The notes beneath the pieces were generated by a model. It was not told the DNA's origin, made no database searches, and worked only from the letters and a program-made list of their open reading frames with translations. A DNA stretch of 64,000 bases from the NCBI GenBank assembly GCA_951406725.2, contig OX597826.1, forward strand, positions 12,710,001 to 12,774,000, given 5' to 3'. Positions 13,290-26,934 of the stretch are shown here, piece by piece. The DNA is from Octopus vulgaris (taxonomy: Eukaryota). How positions within the stretch are numbered: the stretch's first letter is position 1; each line of letters starts with the position of its first letter. A program made the position numbers and the translations under genes.

Positions 13290-14492
13290 TGTTTTGTTCC
13301 AGGTTAGTCCTGGCCAAACATCCTATGACCAAATGTATTCTAGATATAATCATCATTTTAATTGTTTTTTTCCAGGCACTAAATTCCATTACCCTACGTG
13401 CTACTACCTTTTAAGAAATGTTGGTGTAATTTGAAAATTTTTCTTTCAGTTCTACCTGAGTGTGAACCTGCATAGTTGCACTCTAGTTGGCTCCATCTAA
13501 TATATATGATATTGATAATGTTGCAGATAATGCTGGAGTTGTTGCTATGTGGTCAATATTTCGTGATAGATAAAATTAGTCGTATTTCTTTACCGATTCT
13601 CTGTAAGAGAAAGTTAGATGCCATTACTAAAAGAAACATCTTCCATCGTCATCGTTGTAGCCATGTAGAAATTAATTTCTGGTGTGAAAGCAGAAATAAA
13701 TAAACAACAAACTTTCTTTATCTAAATAGGAAAAGATATATCACAATTTAGCTGTCTTCCTCTACCTTCATAAACTAACTATAAAATATTCACAACAAAT
13801 CGAAATTACGTTAAAAAAAAGTACTATTATAGTAAGTCAAACATTCTGTGGGAAGCTAACATCAACAGTAATAACCATAACCATAAGAAGAACAATAACA
13901 AGAAGTAAAGTAATGAATAATTGAAGTACGAATAATGAGTAAAATGGTATAAAAATAAATAAATATTTAGAAGGTAATAACGAGCAAGAAATACTCGAGT
14001 AAAAGACGGAGAAATAGAATGAAAAATTAGCTACTGCACAGAAAATATATTTCGTGGAATGACAAAGGTGGCTTTGAAATGTTCTGCAACCATGTTGATT
14101 GGCCGGAAATTTAAACACAGAAGCTGACTGAGTAACTCCGCATCAACAACTATAGACTGCATACTAATGAAAAAAAAAATTAATGAGTCAATGTGAGCGC
14201 CTTTATATGATCACTCGACTTGCTAAAAATAATTGCTAAATCTACCTCAAATCAGGTGCTGCCATTTTAAAGAGAAAATACCAGTTACTGATATATTTGT
14301 ATGCATGCCCGTAAAAAGATAGGATAGTCATTGTTGGACTGTATCTGATGATAGTGTTGCTCGATCACAGTTGAGTTGGAGCTAAAATATAATAAGAGTA
14401 ACAAAAACAACCCCATAAGGGAGGATGTAAATCATAGAGGTTGAGTATATGTTGCATTTTATAAAAGAATTTCACACACACACACGCACACA

Positions 14493-15040
14493 CAAGGTTG
14501 AGTCAAATTCTTTTTCATAACTTGCATCTCTGTGTTATATAATTAATTTGATTCAGCTTGTTATCCAATCATTGGTGAATATATATTTTTTTTATAGATA
14601 ACAAATAAACAGTATTGTTTATTTCTAAATTCAAGGTTTTGATAATGAATGGTGGAAAATGGCTACCTTTAAAGAAAAGGCCTGAGAGTAAGGGCAGGGC
14701 AGTGACGAAAGAAATCAATGATGTGAGGACCCAGAAACTGCCAACAAACGTGTGGCACAAAACTGATTCAGACGTTTTAACGAAGAGGATACCAGCCTCG
14801 AAGACAAATTAAGCGGAGGGAGACTATTTTGTTGTGGAAGATGAGGCCATGCACGAAATGGTTGAACAACAACCAAGCACAAGTACAGTGCATTGTTGGG
14901 AGACCTTACTTGATCCTTCACAAAGCACTATCAATCGACACCTATGAGTTCTGCATCTTGAATAGACGTTGTCGAGAAGCTCCTCGTAGACAGACCAATG
15001 ACCAGGCGCAAACACGAGTGAACATTTGCAAATCTAAATA
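14493..15040 (+). mobile_element. Degenerate mariner transposon, 5' part
   Basis: Frameshifted translation gives TKEINDV...ETANKRVAQN*FRRFNEEDTSLEDK..., PSQSTINRHL and REAPRRQTNDQAQTRVNIC, like the mariner HTH region. Putative TIR start caaggttgagtcaaa. Confidence 0.7.
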
Positions 15041-15311
15041 GTGTTGGTGGATGTGCGGTTCGCTTTTGACTTCCCCTAGTAATTTGATAGCGAAGCATCA
15101 ACTGAAATTTTATTCCATTCCGCCAGTACCAACAGTGAACATGCCTAGCATAAGCCACGAATCTTTTAAATGCCTCGTTTATCTGCGTTACTGTGCTACT
15201 ATTTGTGTGATAACAACCACTACAATAAGGAATGAAAAACGTAATGGTAGAGCACACCAACAATAAACCACTAATATTAATAATATCAACAGAGTTACGG
15301 CAAACATTACA

Positions 15312-15312
15312 G

Positions 15313-15356
<44 letters not shown>

Positions 15357-15433
15357 TACCACCACTACTACTACTACTACCACTACTACTACCACTACTA
15401 CTACTACCATCACCACCACTACTACTACTACTT

Positions 15434-15482
<49 letters not shown>

Positions 15483-15496
15483 CACCACCACCACTA

Positions 15497-15528
<32 letters not shown>

Positions 15529-15530
15529 AC
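15312..15530. repeat. (ACT)n/(ACC)n microsatellite
   Basis: Direct reading. Confidence 0.95.
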
Positions 15531-17211
15531 AGTGTGTAACACCGATTTTACCACTCCCCCATGCCGTCATAAAATCACCACTACTATCACTATCAACAAC
15601 CCAGTTGCTTACGCCAGCTGTTGCTCACACCATCCTACCATGCCTACCATTGCTAGTCTCTACATCGGCCGCAACTGCAATCCCCACCACCACCGCCACC
15701 ACCAGAAACACCAATAAAAATTTTAATTCATTGACCATCATTTACATGTGTAAATAGCAACTGTGCCAATGAATGCCTCCAGTTTTATTAAATCCTATCC
15801 AAAGAGCTTTAGATTGCTCGTGATTTTTGATTTCTACATTTTATTTTTGTTGCCATTATATTTCAGTTTTGTTCATATTTTCTCCTTTTTTGGAGGAGGT
15901 TTTAGGGTAGTAATGGCGAGTGGTGTGTAGACATACGTTGTTAAATTTCTTTTCAATTAATTCCTTGTAATTAACTTTCAGCTGTTTTTTTATGTATTTT
16001 TGTTTCATTATATAAAGCAATATCTCACATTTTATGATACGGAACAGGTATGCAGAAACGTTAGAAAAAACTGTTTTGTTTAGTTACGAATATTTACGTA
16101 GTGAGGTCAGTCCTGTGAGAATCGATATAATGAAACTAGCCAAGTCGGGATTTGATTCGCTCAACATACCGTTACGTCATTGTACCTGAAAGTACGACTA
16201 TGAACAGTCAAATCACAATTATAATTAACAGTATCATTACAATTACGGTTTCAAGAATTTCATGAGAGCTTCTATGGTAAAACCTGCTGCCATTATATGT
16301 TTCTGAAGTGTGAACAGCATTGTCTTTTGGAGTGAATTATGCTCTTTTTTTATGTTGTCTTTCTTGTTATTTTAGTGTTTTGTCTGTCTGTATAGAATAT
16401 GTGTTGAGTGATTTACGGTACTCTACGGTATCTTTTATCTTTTTGCTTTTAATTTCAATCTCGATCATTGAATTGAAAGTGTTTGTCATTTACAACGCAT
16501 CTTTGTCATAAGACTGAAACTGCTGTATCAAATTCATTATGCCAATGTCAGTACGGTTAGTAGCGAACTCTATATTTGACAACAATAGTGTCACTCCCCA
16601 ACGCTGTATCTGGTGAATTCTCTTTGTACTTTTATTCAGTAGGAATGTTGTGATCTTCGCAAATGTTCCACTGAAAGCAACTGCCCTTTTCATCTCAATG
16701 CATCACGATGGAGTATCCTGTTAAAATATTCCTAATGGATTGCTCAATCTGCTAACAACACTGTCTTTGAATATATTATTTATATTACTCATTTTGAAGA
16801 TACTGACCTTCATGTAGATGTATTTAGAATTCGGTTTCTACTTTTCTGTATTAATTTTTTTCTCTTTTTATGTGTAGCTTTTGTTCATTCTGCATTCTCA
16901 CATTCCGGTTCGTTAATGCGTCTCGAGATCTGCCTATGAATATCTTAACTGGAAAAGTCTTTTTAATAATTTTCTCATTTACTTTATTTCTTTATTCCAT
17001 TATTCTATTCTTTCAAAGGACTGTAGCAACGCCTTAAAGAGTTTAAACGATCAGCACTTATTTCACATCGATACATATGTTATCGATCTCTATTTTTCGA
17101 AAAATTAAGTTACGGGACATAAAGAGACGCAATATAAACCACACCAGGCATAAATAAAAAAAACAGACATCTATTTCTCGTATACAGAGAAATAGATAGA
17201 TGTGTCGATAA

Positions 17212-17260
<49 letters not shown>

Positions 17261-17293
17261 AAGAAGAGGATATATATATATATATGTATATAC

Positions 17294-17394
<101 letters not shown>

Positions 17395-17767
17395 GGCAGA
17401 CAGGCAGTAGAGTTTTACTCAATTTTATCCAACCAATTTCATTCACATGCTACTGTTCAAATCGAGTCTGCTGTAGAAGAAAATTGCATAAGATACTGCG
17501 CTGTGGAAGCATTCCGAAAAATATGGCTGCAAAGCAAACGTCCTCTCCGTACAGTGATGTTTGCTATCGTAGGGTACCTTTTACACTGAATGTTCCGTTT
17601 CCTTCTGAATGAATTGTAGCTTCTTAGTTTTACAAATTCGTCTATTATTTTTCATTGTGCACTCTCTTTTTAAAATGAAAATTGTAATCTTGAAAGTTAG
17701 CAGCAGCAATGAAAGCTTTCTGAATTCGAGTATCTAGGAGATATAATTCCATAATAAACTGGATGAT

Positions 17768-18100
17768 GTGAAGGTTCGTGGCTTAGTGGTTAGGGTGTTC
17801 GGATCACAATCGCGACATCGTGATTTCGATTCCTAGCGGCGTTGGGTCCTTGGGGAAAAACTCTATATTTCACGTTTATCCAGTTCATCCACCTGGCAAA
17901 ACATGAGTTGTATCTACAAATGAAACAGCCAGGCTTGTCACATTCTGTCACACTGAATCTCCTTGAGAACTACGTCACGCGTACCTACATGTGCTACCAC
18001 GAAATATTGCCCGTTTGGGATAATTACTGGAACATAGAAGCAACTTGTCATTGGATGTACGTTCCACTCACACTTGATCCCTTAACGTATTCTCAAGCGG
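17768..18100 (+). mobile_element. Degenerate SINE family C
   Basis: Head gtggcttagtggttagggtgt. Internal ccaggcttgtcacattctgtcacactgaatctcc is shared with the minus strand of 51730-51770. Confidence 0.7.
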
Positions 18101-18338
18101 GTTCAGTATGACTTTGTGATAAGATATCGCATTTGAATAACTGTTCCAAACCATCAGACGAATTTCCCCGCAGTTTACTTCTATCCAATTTCCTTTAGAA
18201 GCCTTTGGTTCACTGGATACTACAGTGAAGCGCACCTCATAATCAAATTACCCCTCAGTGTGATTTATCTCGAGAACTCGTAGATGCAAAACGATCTTCT
18301 CAGTCATTCGGCTATTCTACGTCCATATGTATGTGCGC

Positions 18339-18413
<75 letters not shown>

Positions 18414-18484
18414 ACCTCATGTGTACCGTTGGCGATCTGTTTTTTGATCTGTCTTCCCTTCTCGACGATCTTTCCTTCTCCTAT

Positions 18485-18519
18485 GTTTCCGACGAAGAGC
18501 TCCGCTCGAAACGTTAAAC
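18485..18519 (+). ncRNA. Minimal type I hammerhead ribozyme-like motif (U4C variant)
   Basis: GTTT-CCGACGA-A-GAGC-tcc-GCTC-GAAA-CG-TT-AAAC; stems I and II pair perfectly. Confidence 0.65.
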
Positions 18520-18616
18520 CCTCCTTCTGAGCACTTTTTCCACTGACACGTCCAATAATACTAGTTGTTCGGGGACGTCAGCGTTGTTGTGTTTTTTTGT
18601 GTTTTCTTGTTTGGAT

Positions 18617-18676
<60 letters not shown>

Positions 18677-18999
18677 AGCTATGTGTATATATACGTATCT
18701 GTGTGTGTATATGTGTGTGAGTGTATAATAATTTTTTGCCTAATAAGATAAAAAAACCAAGGCTGTGTAGATATTAGAGCATTCATAGATAGAATATCTT
18801 ACAGCTGTTTCTAGGATATTTATGAATTATATCCCATTTGTATATATTCATAAAATGTTTATCATTATTACAGTTGTCATCAACTTCCATGCAATTGTTG
18901 TTTTGCTTGTCGCTATTCTTGCTGTATCAACTCTTATTCTTGGCTTTGAGGTGTTATTCTAAACATGAAATTTATACGTTCTTTTATTTTCTTTTTCAG

Positions 19000-19032
19000 A
19001 GAGACATATTCTCAATCATTCGCATCTTGTAG
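19000..19032 (+). other. Candidate 33-nt exon, probably non-coding
   Basis: Acceptor ttcttttattttctttttcAG ends at 18999; donor AG|gtaaga starts at 19033. Confidence 0.35.
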
Positions 19033-19099
19033 GTAAGAAAATATCTCTCGTATTTCAATTTTCATTTTCAGATTTATCGATCTCTATTATCTTCATATT

Positions 19100-19300
19100 T
19101 TTCTTCTTCTTCTTCTTCTTCTTCTTCTTCTTCTTCTTCTTCTTCTTCTTCTTCTTCTTCTTCTTCTTCTTCTTCTTCTTCTTCTTTATCATCATCACTC
19201 TCTTCATCGCCATCATCATCACCAACATCATCATCATCACCAACATCATCGTCATCACCAACATCATCATCATCATCACCATCACCACCACCACCACCAA

Positions 19301-19346
<46 letters not shown>

Positions 19347-19758
19347 TCTTTCCTGTGAACAAGGGAACCTATACAAAATGCTAGAATGTTAGAAATAACG
19401 ATCAATTCCCCCCTCAAACCACACCCTGTTTGTAGTATCTGTCCAGACACACACATACACGCACATACTACACACACACATACACACATACATACATACA
19501 CACACACACAGACACACAAACATACACACACAAAGAAACGACAATGATTTGGCACGGCTTCGACTTCTTTGAACACGTTTCTGTTTGATCTGATCTTGCC
19601 TGTGGCTAAACAACACAAATCGTCACTTTCATTCTACTTTGCATCTTCCCCTTCTTTCTCTTTGTCATCGTCGTCGTTGTCGTAGTTGCTGTCATCATCA
19701 TCATCATCATCATCACTATCACCATTACCATCATCATCATCATCACCACCACCACCAC

Positions 19759-19809
<51 letters not shown>

Positions 19810-19881
19810 TACCATTACCATCATCATTACCATTACCATAATCATCATCATCACCATCACATCATCATCACCATCACCATC

Positions 19882-19912
<31 letters not shown>

Positions 19913-19986
19913 CCATCATCACCATCACCATCATCATCATCATCATCGTCATCATCACCATCATCATCATCACTATCATCACCACC

Positions 19987-20066
<80 letters not shown>
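19100..20066. repeat. Compound (TTC)n, (ATC)n and (CA)n microsatellite block
   Basis: Direct reading. Confidence 0.95.
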
Positions 20067-20067
<1 letters not shown>

Positions 20068-20514
20068 TCCAATCGTCAGTTCTTTTATACGCCACCAGAA
20101 AAATGTAACACGTATTTGTGTATTTATCTACATCAACGTGTTAAACGATGATCGATTATGATGATAATCTTGATGATGATGAGGAGGAGGAGGGCGGCGA
20201 TGGTGTTCACGGGGATAATGATGATGGCTACAGTGTGGATGGCAACCCTTGTAATAACTGTGGTGATGCTGAGCACAAAAATGATTTCTCTTTGTCCATC
20301 GTGCATTGTCGTAGTTGCTGTCATCATCATCATCATCATCATCATCACTATCACCATTACCATCATCATCATCATCACCAAACCACCTCCATCATAATCA
20401 TCATCATCATCATCATGTTCATCATCCTCTTACCATGTACCATCATCATTACCATTACCATAATCATCATCATTGTGAACATGCCTTGGCAGCAATCATT
20501 GTCGTAGTCATCAT

Positions 20515-20640
20515 CGTCGTCATTGGCGTAGCCTCCGTCGTCATTGGCGTAGCCTCCGTCGTCATTGGCGTAGCCTCCGTCGTCATTGGCGTAGCCTCCG
20601 TCGTCATTGGCGTAGCCTCCGTCGTCATTGGCGTAGCGTC
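20515..20640. repeat. Minisatellite, 6 x 21 bp (cgtcgtcattggcgtagcctc)
   Basis: Six near-perfect units. Confidence 0.95.
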
Positions 20641-20684
20641 CGTCGTCATCGTCGTAGTCATCGTTTTGATTTCCTTTCATTGTA

Positions 20685-20910
20685 TTGGGTTGTCCGGAAA
20701 GTTCGTGCCGATTTATAGTAGCTTACCTCTCGACTTACTCTCCCAGGCACCTCAATTCTGGGAAGAGGGTATTTTCAAGTTAAAGGAAAGATGGAGACGC
20801 ATTGTGCAACAAAATGGTTCATATTTGGTTGATTAAAAATGTAATGGCAAGTATTTATTTGACCTTTTTCTTTCCTTCAAAAATCGGCATGAACTTTCCG
20901 GACAACCCAA
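20685..20910 (+). mobile_element. Internally deleted mariner element (MITE)
   Basis: 30-bp TIRs ttgggttgtccggaaagttc(g/a)tgccgattt (29/30 match), TA TSD, and internal transposase C-terminus FWEEGIFKLKERWRRIVQQNGSY. Confidence 0.95.
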
Positions 20911-21043
20911 TATTTCCGTTTCGCAATTTTTCTATTGGTTTGGCCCGCAAAAAGTGACTTATCCCTCTCGTCTTCCCATCACCCCGAGGTCTGCGAAATG
21001 AATGCTGCTAATTTCTTCCGGTCGCTGCAGACGAGGGGAAAAA

Positions 21044-21086
<43 letters not shown>

Positions 21087-21299
21087 TACATACATACATA
21101 CATACATACACACACACATACGTGTTTTTTAATTACCCAGATGTTTTCACATATCTCTAAATCAAAGGAAATAATCTATTGCCTCTTTAGCGACCTCAGA
21201 TCTCTTATGAAGATAGAAGTACTTGGAAGTAACACATATTGTCGTCCCTAAAGTGTCTAAAATTTAATAAAACTATCCACAAAAGGGATACTCTTTACT

Positions 21300-21695
21300 C
21301 TTTTACTTGTTTCAGTAATTTGACTACGGCCATGCTGGAGCACCGCCTTTAATCGAGCAACACGATCCCGGGACTTATTCTTTTGTAAGCCCAGTACTTA
21401 TTCCATCGGTCTATTTTGGCGAACCGCTAAGTAACGGGGACATAAACGCACCAGCATCGGTTGTCAAGCAATGCTAGGAGGACAAACACAGACACACAAA
21501 CGCACTCACGCATATATATATATACATATATACGACGGGCTTCTTTCAGTTTCCGTCTACCAAATCCACTCACAAGGTTTTGGTCGGCCCGAGGCTGTAG
21601 TAGAAGACACTTGCCCAAGGTGCCACGCAGTGGGACTGAACCCGGAACCTTGTGGTTGGTAAACAAGCTACTTACCACACAGCCACTCCTACGCC
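21300..21695 (-). mobile_element. SINE family B
   Basis: Full-length match to 11034-11427. Confidence 0.92.
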
Positions 21696-22651
21696 TATAT
21701 GTGAAGAATTTTTTCTCTTTTTTTTCTTTTTTCTTTGTGAAAAGTATTGTTTTCAACGACAAACACTGAGTGCCTAACACAAATTCTCAAAATGGAGGGG
21801 CTGAAATTCTAACTAGGGGTGGAGGTCTAAGGACGCCCCTCTCATGGTTACGCACTTGACCTGTGATCTATGAAAGATATACATTCATTTCTTGACGATC
21901 AGCTTCATAGATGCTTCCATCTTTTCTTAATACATCTTCTGCATCACTACAATTTAGTATTACTCTACATCTTTACCGACGTCTGTTAGAATGTTTTATT
22001 TCTTCTCTTCTTATCCCAGTTTTCTCTGTGATTATATTTTTAGAATTAATTTCGAATTCTTTGCAAACAATTATAACTTCATTAGTATTTTTTCACGTTT
22101 GCAATTATTTTACAATTCGGTTTACATTCTTTTAAATATTGTAATTAAATATTTGACGAAGTAATTTTTTCATACATTTTGTTAGCCGAATAACGAAAAT
22201 ACATTTAGTTTTTTAAAAAAATTCTTAATAAGTACAAATTCAATTTCCAGTATAACTCGTGAAGTAAAGCTAAACTATTTTCATCCAGAAATGTTTATTT
22301 CCTTCTGTGCGCGCGCTAGTGTGTGTGAGAATGTGAGTGTCTGTGTGTGTAAGTGTGTGTGTGTGTGCTTGTGTGTGAGTGTGTGTGTGAGCGTGTGTGT
22401 GCGCATGCATCTGTATGTACAAATTCGTGCGCGCGTGTATGTATATGTATTTATATATGCATATGTGTCTGCATACATTCGTGTATGTGCATAGTAACGT
22501 ATATACATGCCTGTGTATATTCATATATTCGTATGTATGTATGTATCATATATATATATATATTATGTGCGTGTTTGTTTACATGTATGTGTATGTATGT
22601 GTGTATGTATGTATGTATGTATGTATGTATGTATGTATGTATGTATGTATG

Positions 22652-22798
22652 AACTTATACTGCAAGCAGCGCCCATCGCTACCACATCTGTGCAAAAGAG
22701 TGCAGCTCCCTAGCAGGTTTGAAAAGACATATCCGCGAAGCTATTATTTAAGAAGGCAATCCAGTGGCAGTATTGCTCGAAATTGCGTTGTAGTCGTC
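22652..22798 (+). mobile_element. 5'-truncated RTE-type LINE 3' end with (ATGT)n tail
   Basis: Encodes YHICAKECSSLAGLKRHIR, a C2H2-like finger as at RTE ORF C-termini; flanked by (ATGT)n. Confidence 0.6.
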
Positions 22799-22896
22799 AT
22801 GTATGTATGTATCAATGTATGTATGTATGCATGTATGTATGTATGTATGTATGTATGTATGTATGTATGTATGTATGTATGTATGTATGTATGTAT

Positions 22897-23446
22897 TTCA
22901 CTTTCGAGTGCTACTGGTAACATGTAACCCAGTACAACCTGTTGCATGATCGGGTCGTCGGCGACTAAACCGGCAACCCCACCAAGCTTGCTTGGCGAGG
23001 AGGGTGTTTATTGGACACCCTGCGGGATGAAAAACAAAACCCGTCAAAGAGCGGAGGAACTCTTAAGAGTGAACGGCCATCCAATAAATGTCTTAAGGCT
23101 GTATCATGCGCGGGGACATAGAAATAATTGGACTGAATACCCCGATCGCGCGGTTAAACCATTGGGAGTGAAGGACACCTAGCCTTTGTTAGGGCATCCT
23201 TCTAGGAGAAGGTAACTCAGGTAACTGGGATAACATCGACATAAAACCTGCGGCTCAGTGGTTACCGATGATGTTGACTTGTTCTTCTTTTCGGATTATG
23301 GCTGCTGTTGCTTAGTGAGTGGGATTGACTCAGTGCACAGCCTTTCCTCACTTTAAAAAATATCTTCTTGCACAGGCATTGCACGATAACAACAATGATT
23401 AAGCTTCGTGCAATGGCTATACTCGATAACGAGGGGGCAGCCACCA
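22897..23446 (+). mobile_element. Non-autonomous retroelement with (ATGT)n tail, probably RTE-derived
   Basis: GC-richer block between two (ATGT)n tracts, ending tactcgataacgagggggcagccacc-(atgt)n; no ORF. Confidence 0.5.
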
Positions 23447-23840
23447 TGTATGTATTTATGTACGTATGTACGTACGTATGTATGTATGCATGTATGTGTG
23501 TATGTATGTATGTATGTATGTATGTATGTATGTATGTATGTATGTATGTATGTATGCATGTATGTTTATATGATCACTTCAGGTTTTAGTTATTTAAAAT
23601 ATTTTTCTGTAGAAGGAACGTGTTACAAAGCTCCATTACTGGATTATAAGATAACGAAAACAATGTCACATTTTAAACCTGAGAAAAGTCTTGCATATCT
23701 TTACTGTTCCCTTTACAGATTGTATCTGTAATGTGAAAGTTAGTTTGTTGACTTCATTCTGGCTCTCTTCAGGTACATCAATAAAACGTCTCACTGGAGA
23801 TTTTTTGAGTCTGCTTATACATATACACACACATAATATA

Positions 23841-24129
23841 TGCCGAACCGCTAAGTGACGGGGACGTAAACACACCAGCATCGGTTGTCAAGCAATGCTA
23901 CGGGAAAAAACACATACACACATAATACACACATACATATATATATATATGTATATATACGACAGTACTTCTTTCAGTTTGACGTGGTGGTCTACCAAAT
24001 CCACTCACAAGGTATTGGTCGGCCCGGGGCTATAGCAGAAGACACTTGCCCAAGATGCCACGCAGTGGGACTGAACCGGAACCATGTGGCTGGTTAGCAA
24101 GCTACTTACCACACACCCACTCCTGCGCC
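23841..24129 (-). mobile_element. SINE family B, 3'-truncated
   Basis: Family head and internal microsatellite. Confidence 0.85.
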
Positions 24130-24191
24130 TATATATATATATATATATATACATATATATACATACATATACATATATATATATGTGTATA

Positions 24192-24224
<33 letters not shown>

Positions 24225-24521
24225 ATACATACACACCATACACACACACACACACACATATGTGGGTGTGGGAATATCTTTGTGTTTGTCCCCTACTAAC
24301 GCGCTTGGCAATCGGTGTTTGGTTTATTTACATCTCCGTATTCTAGCAATGAGTCGGAAGAGAACGAATAAGTCCCAGGCATGAAAAGTAGTCAAGAGGT
24401 GTATCTTGTTCGACTTAACCCTTCAAAACGGTGTCGTTCCATGGCTGCTTTTGAATGACTGAAACAAATAGAAGATAAAAGTGTGTGTTTGTGTGTGTAT
24501 ATCTTTTGCAGATATATACTA

Positions 24522-24929
24522 TTTTACTTGTTTCAGTCATTTGACTGCGGCCATACTGGAGCACCGCCTTTAGTCGAGCAAATTGACCCCGGAACTTATT
24601 CTTTGTAAGCCCAGTACTTATTCTATCGGTCACTTTTGCCGAACCGCTAAGTGACGGGGACGTAAACACACCAGCATCGGTTGTCAAGCGGTGCTAGGGG
24701 GACAAACACAGACACACAAACATATACACACACACTTATATATATATATATATATATACATATATACGACAGGCTTCTTTCAGTTTCCGTTTACCAAATC
24801 CACTCACAAGGCATTGGTCGACCCGGGGCTATAGCAGAAGACACTTGCCCAAGATGCCACGCAGTGGGACTGAACCCGGAACCATGTGGTTGGTTCGCAA
24901 GCTACTTACCACAGAGCCACTCCTGCGCC
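24522..24929 (-). mobile_element. SINE family B
   Basis: Full-length family match. Confidence 0.92.
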
Positions 24930-25356
24930 AATATATATATATTGGAAATGATGTGCACAGTGCTGTGAGACGCCTAATATTCGATTTTTCGTAGTAAACA
25001 AGAGTTTAAGGATATATTTGTTTTGCAGCGAATTACAGATACTCCCTTGCAATAAAATAAATCACTGTAACCAAAAAATAAAAATGTATGTGTGCGTACG
25101 ATTAGCTGTATGTATATACGTGTTTGTGTGTGCCTGATTCTGTGCTTGCGCGAGCGCATACGTGTGTGCGTGTGCGTGCACGCGCGCACGTGTGTATGTG
25201 TAAATGCGGCGATCGGAAAATATATCCATATCAGATAGTTGAGTAGAGCAATGGTCTGTTTATCTTATATTAATTTAAGTCTATGAGTTTTCCTTTCTTG
25301 TAAACATGTCAAACTATTTTTAAATTCATTTGGAAAGTTCCGAACTGTTCACAAAT

Positions 25357-25392
<36 letters not shown>

Positions 25393-25395
25393 TAC

Positions 25396-25429
<34 letters not shown>

Positions 25430-25498
25430 TCTATGTATATATATATATATATATATGCATATACATATATATATATATTTATATATTTATATATATGC

Positions 25499-25552
<54 letters not shown>

Positions 25553-25583
25553 TTATTTATATATACATATATATATATTTATA

Positions 25584-25659
<76 letters not shown>

Positions 25660-26934
25660 GTGTGGGTGTGTGTTTATATACGAATATATATGTGTCTGCA
25701 TAGATGCAAATATGCATGTATATATGTACGCATTTTATATGTATATGTGCTTATATAGTTTGTTTGTATGAATATATATATATATATACATATACACACA
25801 CGCACCTTACACACACAGCGACATCCACGAATACACTGGCATACATATACATATATATTTGTATTTTCCGCATGTATATCTGTATGTATACGTTAGTATG
25901 TGAGGGTGTATGTGTAATTCTTTTTTTATCATCTTTCACTAGTCTTCAGTTATGTTAAATTTATCAGGGCTTTCTTCAGCCGTTTTCAAGTTAATGTAAA
26001 CAGAATTAAACCTGAACTGTCTTAAGCTGTTTTAAATGTTTTTCATTCCATTGAAGCATTGATGCGATATATTTATATAACGTAAACAGATTAAAAATAT
26101 ATTTTAATGTAAGCTTCCTAAGATATTTTTCGCTTATACCAAAGCTACCTTCAGTTTCAATTATAAACAGACCCCAGATTTCGGAGCATATTACAAACGT
26201 CGTCTTTCTGTTTCTATTGTAACGCAATCGTTTATAAACTATGTTTAATGGACCTTAAAAGTCCCAGCATTCTTTTGAACTTTATAAAAAGCAGTTGTAA
26301 ACAAACCTTAACTAGTGGCAAACCTTCCAAGTTGTTTACATCACAATCTGTGTATTTGTCTGGTATTTTATTATTCTATGTAAACAGTTTTCTATTTAAA
26401 TGCCAGCATTATTCTTCAACGAAAGAGGAAGACAATCCTTAACTGAAAATAACATCAGCCCACATTATATCGACCAGACATCGTATTTATTAGCAACTGG
26501 ATTAACCTTTGTAAGGAAATTAGAATCTGTTTTCGCTAGCAGTTTGCTTCTATTTTTCCACCAGGATATTTCAATCAGCCATTAAATTTTTTTTTTTTTT
26601 TTGATACTATATAACTTTCAGATTTCATTGTTACACATTAGATATATGCGAAAGAGTTATAAAAAGTTGTTTTAGAAACTGTTTCCCTTTTTTATTTCCA
26701 GAGAGTTCCTTCTTCATTAGTTAATTTAATTATTTCAGCGAATGCATACTACCAACAGGTACATATTTACCACCCTCCCTATAAGTAACGATTTCATATT
26801 TGGGTACTAAGCCAGCAATTTAAGAGCTGGAGTAGGGGAAGGGATTTTCTAGTTTATATCGACCCCAGTGTTCAACTGGTATTGATGGGTGTGGTCAGAT
26901 GTAATGCTGCATGAATTATTTACAAATATATCTC

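Noticed and set aside
20515-20640. CRISPR-like regular repeat
   Set aside because: No spacers, head-to-tail units, eukaryotic context.
20315-20836. 173-aa ORF with VVIGVAS repeats
   Set aside because: Chance read-through of a microsatellite, a minisatellite and a mariner MITE.
23700-23780. Minus-strand CTGAAGA motif
   Set aside because: No matching stem II or GAAA arm.
25990-26580. Possible ancient LINE remnant (CSEIWG motif, minus strand)
   Set aside because: Single short motif; insufficient without a profile search.
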